From Amoebidium appalachense (Eukaryota > Protista > Ichthyosporea), in contig CAVNZM010000001.1 of the NCBI GenBank assembly GCA_963693365.1, forward strand, positions 3,054,907-3,118,906: a stretch of DNA of 64,000 nucleotides, in the 5' to 3' direction. Shown here piece by piece: positions 1-26,475 of this stretch. Position 1 is the stretch's first letter, and each line of letters starts with the position of its first letter. The notes beneath the pieces were generated by a model, which was not told where the DNA came from, did no database searches, and saw only the letters and a program-made list of their open reading frames with translations. The position numbers were made by a program, and so were the translations under genes.

Positions 1-289
1 TCTTCTTTCGTTTTCTTTTATTCTCTGGCTGAAAAATGCCGTCCCCGGGGAGGAGGGGGGGGGGGGGGGGGGGGGAGGCAGGGGGAGGATGCCTGCATCT
101 TGCTCAGAGAGTCTTGAGTTGGGGCTGGGCTGAATTCAGGTCGTGGGGGTGGGGTTTTTCTTTTTCACTTTCTTTCTGTTCTTTCCTTTTCTTTTCCTTT
201 CCACTTTTTTATTTTTTCATGGGAGGGGGGGCGAGGGGGGAGGAGGTCGGAGTAGGGGGGGGGAGGTGGGGTGTGTGGAGAAGTGCTAC

Positions 290-3591
<3,302 letters not shown>

Positions 3592-3780
3592 AGGGGGGGG
3601 GGGATTTAAAGTTATAATTTGAATGGCCGTTTTTGTTACTGAGGGAAGATCCTGAAAAATCAACTTGGTGATATACCAGACATTGTAAGTGCACAGACTG
3701 TAGCAGCAACACTTGATCTGATTGATTTCAGTCCCCCCCCCCCCCCCCCCTCTCTCTCCCTTCCCCCCCCTCCACCCCCC

Positions 3781-3937
3781 CCCCGAGGGCTAAGAAATAA
3801 GATTATGACAGCGACCTTCAAAAAAAATAAGATTATGCCCCGCAACCACACTTTGGGGGGTTCCTAATGAAGGTCCCTGTCATAATCTCTTTTCTTAGCC
3901 CTTGGGGGGGGGGGGGGGGGAGGGGGGAAGGGGGGGG

Positions 3938-3969
<32 letters not shown>

Positions 3970-4246
3970 ATGCCCTACTTCGATCTTCGAGCAAGTTCCG
4001 GCAAAACGGAAGCTACTTTACACAGACGTAAAATTAAATGTTTCCCACTGTGCCTTTTGTGGTTGAGTTTCTATGCCTTTCTCCAGTTTGCTTGGCTTTC
4101 CCCCCACTTTTGCCATACATGCAGCTTGATTTATCAATGCGTCCGCCAATAAGATTCCCCAAAATTCTGGTCGCGGGGCATAATCTTAAAAAAACCCCGA
4201 CTTGGTCACTAGCGGAATCTTAATGGCGGCCAATCTTAATGGCGGA
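3781..4246. mobile_element. Putative non-autonomous DNA-transposon relic with inverted repeats and iterated TAAGATT motifs
   Basis: 3781-3820 is an imperfect inverted repeat of about 3868-3910. TAAGATTATGCCCCGC near 3828 is inverted near 4173-4188. AATCTTAATGGCGG occurs twice in tandem at about 4215-4245. Confidence 0.45.
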
Positions 4247-4939
4247 CGGTATCTGTACGCCTGTCGTGAAATATGCAAGCAGATCTCCAGCTGGCTCCTC
4301 TGGTTACTGACAGTCGTCGACGTAAAAACCTCCACGTACTGCAGCTGCGTACATGTGACGGGGTGTGATGATCATGCATCACTGTGTACAAAATAATCAA
4401 TCTCGTGCACAATGTTACAGTCCAAATCACACGGTATTACTGTACATTACTAACCCCGGCACATGACATGACCTAGCTATATAGGGTCACCACGTGCATG
4501 TGTATGGATGATGAAAGAAAAAATCGCGAGGTATATAGCGCACACGAAGTCTTGCGTAGTTAGGGAGTACAACTCACACTTAGCTCTCAAAGGACATGGG
4601 TGCCAGCCCTCGCATATTTGATTCAAAATGACCCTTTTAATAGTTTATCATGGCCTCATGATGATCAGGATTTTCACAGGCTGCCACAATTATGCATACG
4701 TACATGTTGGACAATCTTGTTGTCACTGGCAGATAATAACATCACATGTCTGGATAAAGCCTTCCACAGTGCAGGGTATTGGATTCCACTAGCCATTCGT
4801 TATCCTTAATAAAAATCAGGCTCGAAGTTTTTACAAGTGCAAGCAAGTGCACATGAAAGCTGCTTCTGATTTTAGAAGCGTAACGGTGAATATGTCACTG
4901 CACGGCAGTGAAGGAAGTTTGTGGGTGTGAGAGAGACGG

Positions 4940-5227
<288 letters not shown>

Positions 5228-5447
5228 TCCCACAGTGGGCATGGACGCCTGTGCATAAAGTAATATCTCATCGACTAGCGTGCAACATATCGCTACCGTA
5301 TGAAGAGTAGGCAGTGGAAGAAGGGAACATATTTTCATTTACTTCCGAGCAACCCAAAAAAAAGACGATGCAACCAAAATGCTTTATAAATACGGTAATA
5401 CCCAAATAAGAATGGCCAAAACGCACCAAAACTAGCCACAGAGGGCA

Positions 5448-14682
<9,235 letters not shown>

Positions 14683-16734
14683 GTCTCTGGACAACAATGT
14701 CACTTCTTGTTTCTCTACCGTTGGCAATGACACCACACTACAACCAAGGCCTCCTTGTACCTGATCCCCTTACTGGAAATATTTCTTTATAAAGGCAGAC
14801 AACTGGATACTTGATTGGCTGAACGTGCACCAAATATAATCCCCCAAAACTTCCGTTGTGCTGTGTCACCACCATCTTGTTTTGACTGGGATTTATTGAT
14901 CAGTGGTCCAGTAGATATGAAGGCAACGTGCAGCCACAGGCTACATGACCACCAAAATAACCGACTTCGAAAGAGCCACAGCGATGAAATAAAAAATAAA
15001 ATAACAAGTGACCAAAGGACACCAGCGGGCAAAGGTACAAATGTACGTGTGTGCGTGAAACTAGTTTGCTCCAACTAGTCATATGCAGCGATGATGATCA
15101 GGCCACACTCCGCAAGAAGACATTATTACTGCTGCCCCCCAACAGGCCCCCCCTTAAAACCTACCGGGGCACAGCAAGCAAGTCAGCCCTTTAGAGAGCA
15201 ATGCAGACCAAATCCGAGCGAGAAAACAATCCCCACGGGCCCGTCCCCTAGAAAACCCGCAGAAGCTGTCTCTAACTCTTTGATAAGGTGGCCTAGTTGT
15301 GGCAGGAAGCACAGGAAAACACAATTACAGAATGCATGCAAGCAAACCCAGTCATTGCCATACTGCTGAAGACTGAAAACACGGCAGCCACAAGGAAAGC
15401 TCCTCGACAACCCAGTAGCTACCCCTCCACTCACGCAGCGCAGAAGCAGTTGAAGAAGTTGCAGCAGCCCACCGCCAATAGCTCGCGTAGAAGCGTAGAT
15501 AGCGTGTAGAAGTCACCGTAAGTTGCAGTGGGCCACCAGATGTCGAAGAAACCACTCCTCAAGCGAGAAACTCCGCGGAAGGTAGATGTCCCCACACTCT
15601 CACAGCAGTAGGAATAGACAAGACCGCACTACACACACACAGAGTCACGTTCCCATGAGTGGGACCCCTTCCCACCACAAAAAGAAAAAACGAAAGCCTT
15701 TATATACCTGCCATGGTGAAGAATCGGGAAATAAAGTTGACTTGACGGCTAAGAGATCGAATTAAAAGTGAAGTCCCTTGTGAGTGTTGGGAATTAGTAA
15801 TGCAACATAAAAACATGCAAACACTGACTGAAAAAAAAAGACATCACTCGACCAAAATTTCTTTCTGTAAAAGTGGATTTGGTCCATGCTTACTATAGAC
15901 AGCAAATACCCTTGTTATACACACAACTGCACATACGAGCCACATGTATACTACACTGTCATGACACTGCACTGCGCATTTCACGGAGTTTATGGGGATT
16001 CCCACCTGCTGCGGCTCTGCGGCTGCCCGCGGATCCGGAATTCGGAACTTCTACACACACTTGCTTGCACATGCGCACATGTGCAACTTGGGGCAGAGTC
16101 TGGGTCGGAAGAGGTTAACCAGGGTTCGCCCCTGTTAATATTAAGCTATTGGCAGTGAGTTTATGCACACACGTACAAGCATCACTTCAATCGATCATGG
16201 CCTGCATGAAATCATGGCGTGCTGCTACATACACGATGGTTATCGGGGCACGCGCACGTTTGCGTGGGCTATCAGTAATACCATAAAGGCAGGTGAACGT
16301 CACAAGTTAAACCCCACATGTATGCGCAAGAACAGCCCCAGCTAAAATTATTGATTATTATAACGACCATGATGCGGCGTGAGTACCTAGAACACCAACA
16401 CCTGAGCTGGCATATATACATGAGCAAGGATTCCCAAAGTTTGTGAAATCTCCACCTGCAGTAAGTGACGTCCAAATTGATCAACCTTTGGTTCAGCAAC
16501 TGGCTTCTTGAGCTGTGGCATATGGGGTGTGGGTGGATTTGTATTAGGTGAATATTGGCCGAGGAAACAGTGGTGGCTGTGGTTAGCTGCACAGTCGGGG
16601 TAGGGTGCGGTAGCGGTTCAGGCCAGTTCATCAGGACCGTGCATGTATCCAGTACGTAGTACGCATTGCCATATGGCACATAAGTGATCTGGGGCATGAG
16701 TAGAAAATTATAGAGAGCTCTAGCCTCGGGACCG

Positions 16735-16825
<91 letters not shown>

Positions 16826-17909
16826 TTGTGTGCGAGGGGGGGGGAAGGGGGGGGGGAGGGGGGAGAGGGGAGATTGGGGCCCGAGGGGGGAGAAGCGGAG
16901 GGGAGCTCTAGGGGCCCGGGCCCCGGGGGCCAGGGATCGAAGCTAGGGATAAAGCCCTGGCCGTATGATGATTGTGTACTCAGCCCGTGGGCAAAACTCA
17001 GCCTGTTTGCATGTGGAAGCTTTATTTAGATACTGTTGGTCATTGTTGTTACTCTACATAACCATACAGGCACATCATGTGGATGCATGTCCCGGCTAAG
17101 GCGTCGTGCCCGTGTGTGATTGCATAGATAGCATCTGCGCAGTAGGCACATACAGTGTGAACGGAAAGACCGCCGTGTGTGCATGAACCAAAACGAGTGT
17201 CACAGTGTTCGTTGATGGTGCCATGGCTTGCCCCATGCCGGTAAGGCATTGTGTGCACACGTGCGCATGGTGTGTGCACGTGTACAGTTATGTCTGACTG
17301 TGTGTGTGTGCACATGCACACGTGTACCATCACAATAAATTTGTGCTTGCTTGCGATACATAGGTCCAGCAGGCATGATAGTGTGACTGTTGGTATATGC
17401 GTCCACCTAGGTACACCTTGCGATGAAAGTTCGGTGTGTTTGGCTACCAGATCATGCACGTTTTTTAGTTTATTTTGTATTTTATATATATTTTGTTCTT
17501 TTTACGGCATGTGTTTGTGGTTTGTATGTGCAATGATTACTGTTAAGCCTACTAAGTGTGGTGAGTGCGCACTTGGTTTTGTCCTGTTCATGCACCGTCT
17601 CTTTCCTCTATTTACCCATAAACGGTGTGTGAGCGCATGTTGGCGCCATTGGGAACTTATGTTTATTAACCACGTGTACTTGTACAAGCGTGTGCTCGTG
17701 GGCATGTGCGATTGCCGCCGGTATGTGCTTGTCAAACAATGTGTGTATGGTGTGTCTGGTATGGCCCTAATTTGTGAACTGCAACTGCATACTGGTGGGT
17801 ACATATCGCATTAAGAACAAAACCGAGCATGAGGGGATGCGTGAGATATTACAAACGGCCGGGCGTGCAGAAAGGGGAGACAGGCTGGTGGTGGACAAGG
17901 GAGGGGGGT

Positions 17910-17947
<38 letters not shown>

Positions 17948-18779
17948 AGGGGGGGGGGGGGGGGGGCTGTGGAATACTGTAAGAAGCAACACGATGAGAG
18001 CGAGTCACGGTGCAGGACAAATGCAAAGACAAACATTCAAGTGGGGGGGACGGCGGGAGGAGGTTAGGGAGGGGGAGGAAGAAGAGGGGAGGTTGCGAGG
18101 CAATGGGGGTGTGGGGGGACGGGTGTATAGGGGAATCACTTTTCAAAGCAAGGGGTCCTGGAATGGAAGGAAAGCGTAGGGCATTTTGAGTTTAATCATC
18201 ATGAGTGAAAAAGCAGGAATGTGCAAGTACAGTTTTCACGATACAAAGAGCTCAGGTAAAAAATAGAGTGTGCACACAGAGGAAACCAACAACATAAAAC
18301 GTGTACGCAGTACCAGCATAGATCATAGAAAGGATTGGGTTAAGGAGGAGAGGTAATTGTGGGGATGTATTTGTACAGGAGGGGGGAAAAGGGGCAGGTG
18401 GATGCTCACGTGTGTGCGTGCGTGCGTGCGTGTGTGTGTGTGTGTATGTGTGTGTGTATGTGTGTGTGTGTGTGTATCAGGGTAATGGTTGAAGGGCCCC
18501 TTTCGAATATCATGTCATGGACACAGCATCATAAATTCATACAACAGACCTCGAAGAAAGCATTCAAAAAACGCATCGCCCAAGATTTGAATAAAATCCC
18601 CTTATATTAGCAACCAAACATGGCACGCCGCCGGGCAACAACACAACAGAAATGTGTGGATGAAATGGACGGGCATGGAACCACGAGCACAGGAATAATG
18701 CCACACTGACAAACATCATAGTTCTTTTGTGGCGGTACGTGGTAGGTGGGTGGTTTTTTTTTTCTTTTCTTTTTTCTCT

Positions 18780-18860
<81 letters not shown>

Positions 18861-18888
18861 AGGGGGATGGGAACAGAGTAGGGAAAGC

Positions 18889-18942
<54 letters not shown>

Positions 18943-19044
18943 AACAGGCGCGCACTGGGTGGGTTCTAAGAGAAGAGAGGGAAGGGGGGTTTGAATGCGT
19001 CATAAAGTACGAAGTACACAAGAAAAACCGGGGGGGGGGGGAGG

Positions 19045-19081
<37 letters not shown>

Positions 19082-19208
19082 AGGGATTTGTCGACAGGAA
19101 TTAAGGCCAAGAACACAGCAAAACGCAGAAGTTTGACATGCACATGAACAACACAGATCACGCCATGGGTCAAATTCAAGAGCACACCAATGGCTATAGG
19201 GGGGTTTT

Positions 19209-19242
<34 letters not shown>

Positions 19243-19287
19243 CCCGTGTGTGTGTGTCTTGTGCGCGTGCGTGTGTCGCCCACAAGC

Positions 19288-19385
<98 letters not shown>

Positions 19386-19418
19386 TGTGTGAGAGGGAGG
19401 GAGAGTGAGAGTGAGAGT

Positions 19419-19509
<91 letters not shown>

Positions 19510-19944
19510 TGTGTTTATGTGTATATTTGTGTGTGTGTGCCTTTTTTTGCCCCCTAAAAATGGGGGAAGGGGAGGGGGGGATGGGGGTTTACTGAATATC
19601 AGACTATTTGGAGGCACTTCGTTGACTGTGGTAGTAGACTTTCTTTCACGTGCCCCTCCCTCTCCGGGTGCTTGAGTGAGTGAGTGATTGAGTGAGTCTC
19701 GGTGAGGGAGCGAATGAGTGAATGAGTGTGAGCGTGTGTGTGTGTATTTGTGTGTGTGTGTGTGTGTGTGTGCTCTAGATCTTATTGCCGTGAACGAGGG
19801 TATTACTGAATGCGTCTGTATGACGATGAGGATGTACTTGAACCAAATGCCTATTAAGCGTGTTTGCATTCTCTGGCGCTGCTTTGGATACATTGCTGTG
19901 TGTGTGTGCCGTTATAAGACTGGAGCAGAGGTTTTTAATTGGAT

Positions 19945-19978
<34 letters not shown>

Positions 19979-20005
19979 GGTGGAGGGGTGGGGAGGAAGG
20001 GGGGA

Positions 20006-20077
<72 letters not shown>

Positions 20078-20091
20078 GGGGGGGGGGGGGG

Positions 20092-20126
<35 letters not shown>

Positions 20127-20438
20127 AGGGAGGGGGGGGGGGGAGAGAGGGAGAGAGAGAGAGAGAGGGAGAGGGAGAGAGACGGGGGGGGGGGGGGGGG
20201 GGGGGGGGGAGAAGAAATAGAGAGAGAGAGAGGGAGAGAGAGATTGGGGTGGACAAGGGAGGGGGAATGTGTTCACAGCACGAATCATTAGTACATTTAC
20301 GACAACACGATACAGAATCACCCACCCAACAAACCAACCAACAACAACAAAAACAAGACATTAATGCATATATTTAGAGCCCATACTGTGGGTCGAGATC
20401 TGAAGAAGTGGGGTAAGAAGGAAGGGGCTGGAGGAGGA

Positions 20439-20481
<43 letters not shown>

Positions 20482-20584
20482 GGAAGACTGGTTGTAGTTT
20501 CCTGATGAATGTATTGGAGTGTGGGAAAGAAAAACAGGGCACAAAGCATCACAAACAATGACTGGAACGAGGAACGTAATTAAT

Positions 20585-20632
<48 letters not shown>

Positions 20633-20766
20633 GGGGGGGGGGGGGGGGAGGGGGGGAGGGAGGGGGGAGGAGAGAAGTGAGAGAAAAGAGAGAAGTGCAA
20701 GATGGGAAAAGGGGGGGGGGGGGGGGGAGATAGAGAGAGAGGGGAGGGGGAGAGAGAGAGAGAGAG

Positions 20767-20815
<49 letters not shown>

Positions 20816-20944
20816 CGTGAGAGATGAGAAAATGGGTGGGGAAGAGGGAAAGAGAGCTCGAGAGCAAGAGCGTGTGCACAGAGAGTGAGAGACAGAGAGA
20901 GCGAGAGGGAGGGAGGGAGAGAGGGGGGGGGGGGGGGGGGAATG

Positions 20945-21003
<59 letters not shown>

Positions 21004-21091
21004 TGTGTGTGTGTGTGTGTGTGTGTGTGTACACGAGCGTGTGTACACGAGCGTGAGAGAGAGAGAGAGAGAGAGAATGAGAGTGTGAGCG

Positions 21092-21151
<60 letters not shown>

Positions 21152-21376
21152 GCAAGACTGCTGTACACAGTATCAACTACGAATTGACCACAGATGGCGA
21201 CTCCTGACATGCAAAAAAAGAACACACAGGGTATGTAACACGTGCAGCCCAGGGTGGGGTAGGTGGGGGAGTGAGAGAAATGGGGAGAGATAAGGATTTG
21301 TGTGGGGTGAGTGGGGGGGGGAGGAGAGAGAGGGAGAGAGAGAGGGGGGGGGGGGGGGGGGGGAGAGGGAGAGAGA

Positions 21377-21413
<37 letters not shown>

Positions 21414-21529
21414 GAGAGTTGAAAAACTTTGGGGGGAAGAGGGAAAGGGGGATAGAGACCAAGGGAGAGGGGGGGGGGGGGGGGGGGGGGGGGGGGAGGG
21501 GGGGGTAGAGAGGGAGAGAGAGGGAGAGG

Positions 21530-21575
<46 letters not shown>

Positions 21576-21992
21576 CGGCCCTGTAAAAAAGAGAGAGAGA
21601 GAGATAGAGAGAAAAAGAGAGTGTGTGTGTGTGTGTGAAAGAGACAGAAGGGGGGGGGGGGGGGGGGGGGGGGATTGAGGGCTATCGATGCATATAGTTC
21701 TTTCATTATAACACCATTTGCTTTTGAGAACCAAAACTAAGATAAGGATATCCCAATCAACATATGAAAATTAATGCTGGCTGAATAGATATACAAAGGT
21801 ATTCAAATCATTTCTATGCAAGGCACTTCAGACTCCATGGAAGTCACCTCGTAAGCAGCATGCCCTCACACACCGATAGTGCACCCGCCCTCCCCCCCAA
21901 CTATACACACACAAACCTGGATAGAGGGGTACGAACGGATGATATTTTTTATGAAAAGGAACGAGAACCACAGAAGACTCACTGGTCAAGAC

Positions 21993-22056
21993 CTTGCTGT
22001 CTTCACCCCTCCTCTGTCTCTCTTGTGTGTTCAGCAGCATCCAAATGGCTTTGGTT
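21993..22056 (-). pseudogene. Orphan, frameshifted copy of INO80B exon 15
   Basis: AACCAAAGCCATTTGGATGCTGCTGAACACACAAGAGAGACAGAGGAGGGGTGAAGACAGCAAG aligns to 39894-39956 (NQTIRMLLNTQERPREGEDSK) with a 1-nt insertion. The CAG acceptor and GT donor are retained. Confidence 0.85.
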
Positions 22057-22281
22057 CTGCGCATATGCGGTGTGAGTGAGTTGCGTCTATCTAAACATAT
22101 GCAACAACAACAACAACAACAACACCTCACACACATACACCGATGCAAAAGATTTTCACGTTCCACATCTTAAAGCACAAACATTTACTTCCCTCTGCTT
22201 ACCAACATAGCAAGTGCAAACATGAAAATGTGGGTGGAGGAGGTTTTGAGGGAGAGAGAGAGAGAGGGAGAGAGGGAGAGA

Positions 22282-22362
<81 letters not shown>

Positions 22363-22441
22363 AGGGAGGGAGGGAGGGAGGGAGGGAGGGAGGGAGAGGG
22401 AGGGAGGGAGAGAGAGAGAGAGACAGAGAGAGAGAGGGAGG

Positions 22442-22487
<46 letters not shown>

Positions 22488-22591
22488 CAAATTGCTGTAC
22501 ACAGTAATAAATACGAATTCACCACGGATAACAATCCCTCGAAAACAACAGACATGGCATGCAACCCATACATGTTAGGGTGGGGTGGGGG

Positions 22592-22620
<29 letters not shown>

Positions 22621-22625
<5 letters not shown>

Positions 22626-22775
22626 TTGAATGCGTCAAAAAGTACGAAGTACACAAGAACAAACGGATAACACGATGCAGAATGCAAGCCATACATAAAG
22701 AGTATGCATAATAAGCAGAGCCCATCCTCAGGGGGGGCCCACGTCATCCACAGTACCCGAGTTTCGACCTATTCC

Positions 22776-22778
<3 letters not shown>
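22621..22778 (+). repeat. Dispersed repeat copy (same family as 10525-11020)
   Basis: Shares AGTACGAAGTACAC, GCAGAGCCCATCCTC and CATCCACAGTACCC...CGACC(C/T)ATTC with 10525-10680. Confidence 0.75.
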
Positions 22779-22809
<31 letters not shown>

Positions 22810-23035
22810 CATACAGCACGTTGTATAAAGAAACCAAACAAAAACACGGGGCAGAACTACGAATATCAGTAAAGACGAGTGTCAGTGTGCAACTTATATG
22901 GAACGAAGAAGGGGGGGGGGGGGGGGGGGGGGGGGGGAAACCAAGAAAAGTCTTAGAAACAAAAGGGGAAGAGAGGAAAACAGAGTCGAACTTAAATAGA
23001 TTGAGAAGCGTGTTGCTAGAAACGACTCGAAAACC

Positions 23036-23272
23036 AGAAACAAATGCATTGATATGACATGGTGCGCATTAGCCAATCAGTTAGAAGCTACGAGACGTGG
23101 TTGCAGGAGGTGATTTTTGGAGGAAACAGGGACGCGTGAAAGGCCAAAAGAACGATGAATGGAAAAGAAAAGAGTTTCAACGGTATGAGGCACTCACACA
23201 GAAACAAGTGCATTGATATCACAAGGTGCACATTAGCCAATCAGTTCGACGCTACGAGACTTGTTTGCAGGA
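23036..23272 (+). repeat. Diverged direct repeat (about 73 bp, two copies) containing AGCCAATCAG
   Basis: CAGAAACAA(A/G)TGCATTGATAT(G/C)ACA(T/A)GGTGC(G/A)CATTAGCCAATCAGTT...GCTACGAGAC...TTGCAGG at about 23036-23108 and 23199-23271. Confidence 0.8.
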
Positions 23273-24398
23273 TTTTAGAAAACAAACAGAAGCAGGCGTG
23301 ACACTGTAAAGAGAACGACACATGAAAGTGAAGAGCTTCTAAAGAAATGAATACAGAGTGCACACCAATAGGAAATACAAAGATAACCCACCTAGAGCAC
23401 TGTAAACCATTCAAACCGGTGTAAAAATGGGCCCCTTGATGCAGCGTATTAAAGCAGTGCCCATGTGGGGAGAAGGGAGGGGGGAGAGCTGGAGGGGCAG
23501 GAAGGCTGCATTTGAGGGGTGCAATAGAGGAGGCAGAATTTAATATCAAACCTTGTTATGTAACAGTGTGACACTCGAGAGATACATAACAATGTGACAC
23601 TCGAGAGAAACACCAAATCCACCAAAAACATACGTTTCAGGAAGATGAAACATAAGGAGCAGCTATGTATGGATCAAAGGAGAGCTTCATGTTGGGGTTG
23701 GCGCAAGTGGGGGGGGGGGGCTGCATTTGAGGGGTGCCAAGCAGCAAGCAGAGAACACAATTCTTTTCGGACTGTTTAAGCCTAGACATGAAGTACACCA
23801 ACTCCACCCACACAATGCAGTTGAAACACGAAACAAGAGCAGGCAGCAATTTTCGAGCCGAATAAGAAGAGGGATTGATTCATAACAGGTACCATACGGA
23901 AGGGGCATATTGACACATGGGTGTAAAGGGGACCGTACCTCTGATGTCTTTCTCACAATAAGATGTATCACCCCACGGCCATTCCCACGAAGGGGAGCAG
24001 GGCAAATGGGAAGATGATAGAGAAGACAGTTGGAAGGAGCAGCAAGCAAGAGGGAATTGGACACTTGGACAAGCACAAGTTCTTTTCCTGGAGAATTTAT
24101 TCAGGCCTTAGAGGGGCCTCCAGGGGAAACACCCGCTGCCCGAGAAGCAACCCAAGACACGAGTCAGCGTCGTGGATTATGCCAACCAACATGTTTGTAC
24201 ACTGTTCAGGTCGAGGGTAATCTACAAGTGACGAAGCCATGATAACAAACGAAACGATTTTCTAACATAATACTTATAAACAGGCAACCGGTGCAGAATA
24301 CTTATACACAATTTGACTTCAGATTCCTAGTTTATATGATCGGGGCATCAGGAATCACGCCCGTACCGTCAACTACTTAAAAGCTAAATCGACTCGAT

Positions 24399-25296
24399 TT
24401 AATAGCCGGCGCAGCAGTAGCCAGCGTTGCAGGGGGTGGCAGAGCCAGCAACAGCCAGGCAGGTCAGGCACTGGCCAGCGGCATCAACCTTGTACTTGGC
24501 ACACTGGACCTTGGTGTCGCACTTGCAGGGGGCAGGTGCAGGGGTGGCTGGCTTGCAGCAGGTGGCCGCGTTGCAGGCAATGCTGGAGCCGGACCACTTC
24601 TTGCAGCGCATGATACCGCCGGTCTTGGGGTCAGACTTGTAGCCAGTGGTGCAGTTCACGCACCTGTCGCAGGGCTCGAGGGAATACGGCTTGGGTGCGG
24701 GAGCAGGGGCAGGGGCGGGGGCGGGGGCAGGGGCAGGGGCGGGGGCGGGGGTCTTCTTGCAGCAGTACTTCGTGGTGCACTTGGGCTTGGCTCCAGACTT
24801 GTAGCACTTGCGCACATCACCGTTGTAGGTGGTCTTGTAGACCTTGCAGTCAACCTTGTCGTCGCAGCTGGACTTCTTGGGGGCAGGGGCGGGGGCGGGG
24901 GCAGGGTCGGGTTTAGGTGCAGGTGCAGGGGCGGGGGCGGGCTTGCAGCACACCTTCTGGCTGCAGTAGTGGGTGGAGCCGAGCCACTTCTTGCAGCGCA
25001 TCACGCCACCGGTCTTAGGGTCAGCCTTGAAGCCGTGGGCGCACTTGATGCAGCTGCTGCAGGACACGAAAGACGGCTTTGGTGCGGGGGCAGGGGGGGC
25101 AGGGGGTGGCGCAGCAGCAGGTGGCGGCATTGCAGGTGGAGCCCGGGATGCAAGTTACACACTGGCCGGCGGCATCCACATTGTACTTGGCGCACTGCAC
25201 GACGTTCTCGCAGGGAACGGGGGTAGGGGGGGCGGGAAGGGTGTAGTTGGCGACGGCGGACGCCACGAAAGCGGCGAGGATAATGGCAACCTTCAT
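24399..25296 (-). CDS. Intronless secreted Cys-rich repeat protein with Pro-Ala linkers (about 298 aa); one +1 frameshift near 25103-25113
   Basis: Signal peptide MKVAIILAAFVASAVA. Five Cys modules end in C-x4-CC and are separated by (PA)n linkers. Strong GC3 codon bias. The span is 898 nt (3n+1), so ORFs 25021-25467 and 24399-25130 are two halves of one gene. Confidence 0.85.
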
Positions 25297-25356
25297 CTTC
25301 AGTTGTTCTGTGAGAATTGAGCTGCTGACTGTCCAGATGTCGGACGGGTGGGGTAA

Positions 25357-25431
25357 TTTATAGCCATGGAGGTTGGACCTTAGGTTGGTGCCTGATTGGC
25401 TGCACAGTCTGATTGGCTCATTGCTGATTGG
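25357..25431 (-). promoter_or_regulatory. Core promoter of the Cys-rich gene: TATA box plus three CCAAT boxes
   Basis: TATAAA at 25362-25357, about 60 nt upstream of the ATG. CCAATCAG occurs three times (25395-25399, 25412-25416, 25427-25431) at 15-17 bp spacing. Confidence 0.7.
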
Positions 25432-26475
25432 TCGTAAGAGACTTCGAATTTGGAGGTGTGCAAACAAATGCAGACAGGACCAAAATTGTGCTTCGCCAAA
25501 TTCTTATTACAGTCGTTATGTCCATCTTAGTGCGGTGTTCATTTAATTGATCAAACCGTGACGGTCACGTAAAAGAGTTTAATAAACTCTACATAAATAA
25601 TTACTAAAAAATCATTGTTTTAGTCCATTTAAGTAGATGTATTATCGCTCACCGAATTTGCCCCGCAGGGCCACCATCACCCAGGCCATGTGTGATGATG
25701 CATTCCCATATATGCGTGCCAGTGAACAGCTTTTCTCATACTTATAGCCTGCGACACACCTTCAGTCTCTAGGTTTTGCAAGTAGACAAAACTACCCTTT
25801 CAAACAAACTTGAAACAATTTGAAGAGAATTTTTGTCAAAACGATGAACTGTATCCTCGCGAGCGTGCATGCAATGATCATGATCAGCCATGTTCTGTGC
25901 CGCGCGCGGCCGACTCCTGCCGATCGATCCATGCGTTCAGCGGACCGACTACAGTCAGGGGCCGGGCGAGGCTGCTATGGAAATACTACAGGTTTATTTA
26001 TGCCATAGCTCTTATCTATGGATGAAATTATCATATATGATATGCTGCATTGCACTTGATCTTCTGCATTATCCCTCTCCAGCGCATGCATGCAGATCGA
26101 TATGCCCGTGACTCCCCTATTGATTGGGGAACCTATATCTATGCTAGACAAGCACTGAGGCTGATCGCCGGGTCGCTGAGATAACGTGTAGTAGACAGAA
26201 AGCTTCTACATGGCCATTTTTTGTAGTCATATAGGACTACCTGGTGCCCAGGGCCCCAGAGTAAGTAATACTATACCTTTTTTATCCTTACTCGCTGACT
26301 CATGTGATCTTCTTAGAAACCATAAAGGCCATACACTTTTTTTACCCCACATTGTGCAATTTGTAAATAGAGATTTAGCCTAATAGCCATGTTGATAACG
26401 TTGAGAATACCGTCCGCTTCGAATAACTGAGCCTGGCCACGTGACACGCTGGCGTGACGCTGCGGAAGGCCTCGG

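Noticed and set aside
15700-15720. ATACCTGCCATGG resembling the 5' end of U1 snRNA
   Set aside because: It lacks ACTTACCTG, the U1 stem-loops and an Sm site. No tRNA, rRNA or snRNA gene could be supported anywhere in the window.
16028-16046. CCGCGGATCCGGAATTC cluster resembling a vector polylinker
   Set aside because: It is only about 17 bp with no other vector sequence nearby, which is compatible with chance or a small natural palindrome.
15090-17460. Several 70-190 aa ORFs, including a CAVGTYSVNG fragment resembling a Cys-rich receptor repeat near 17135
   Set aside because: The frames are interrupted by stops, no consistent splice model emerges, and the similarity is too short to support a call.
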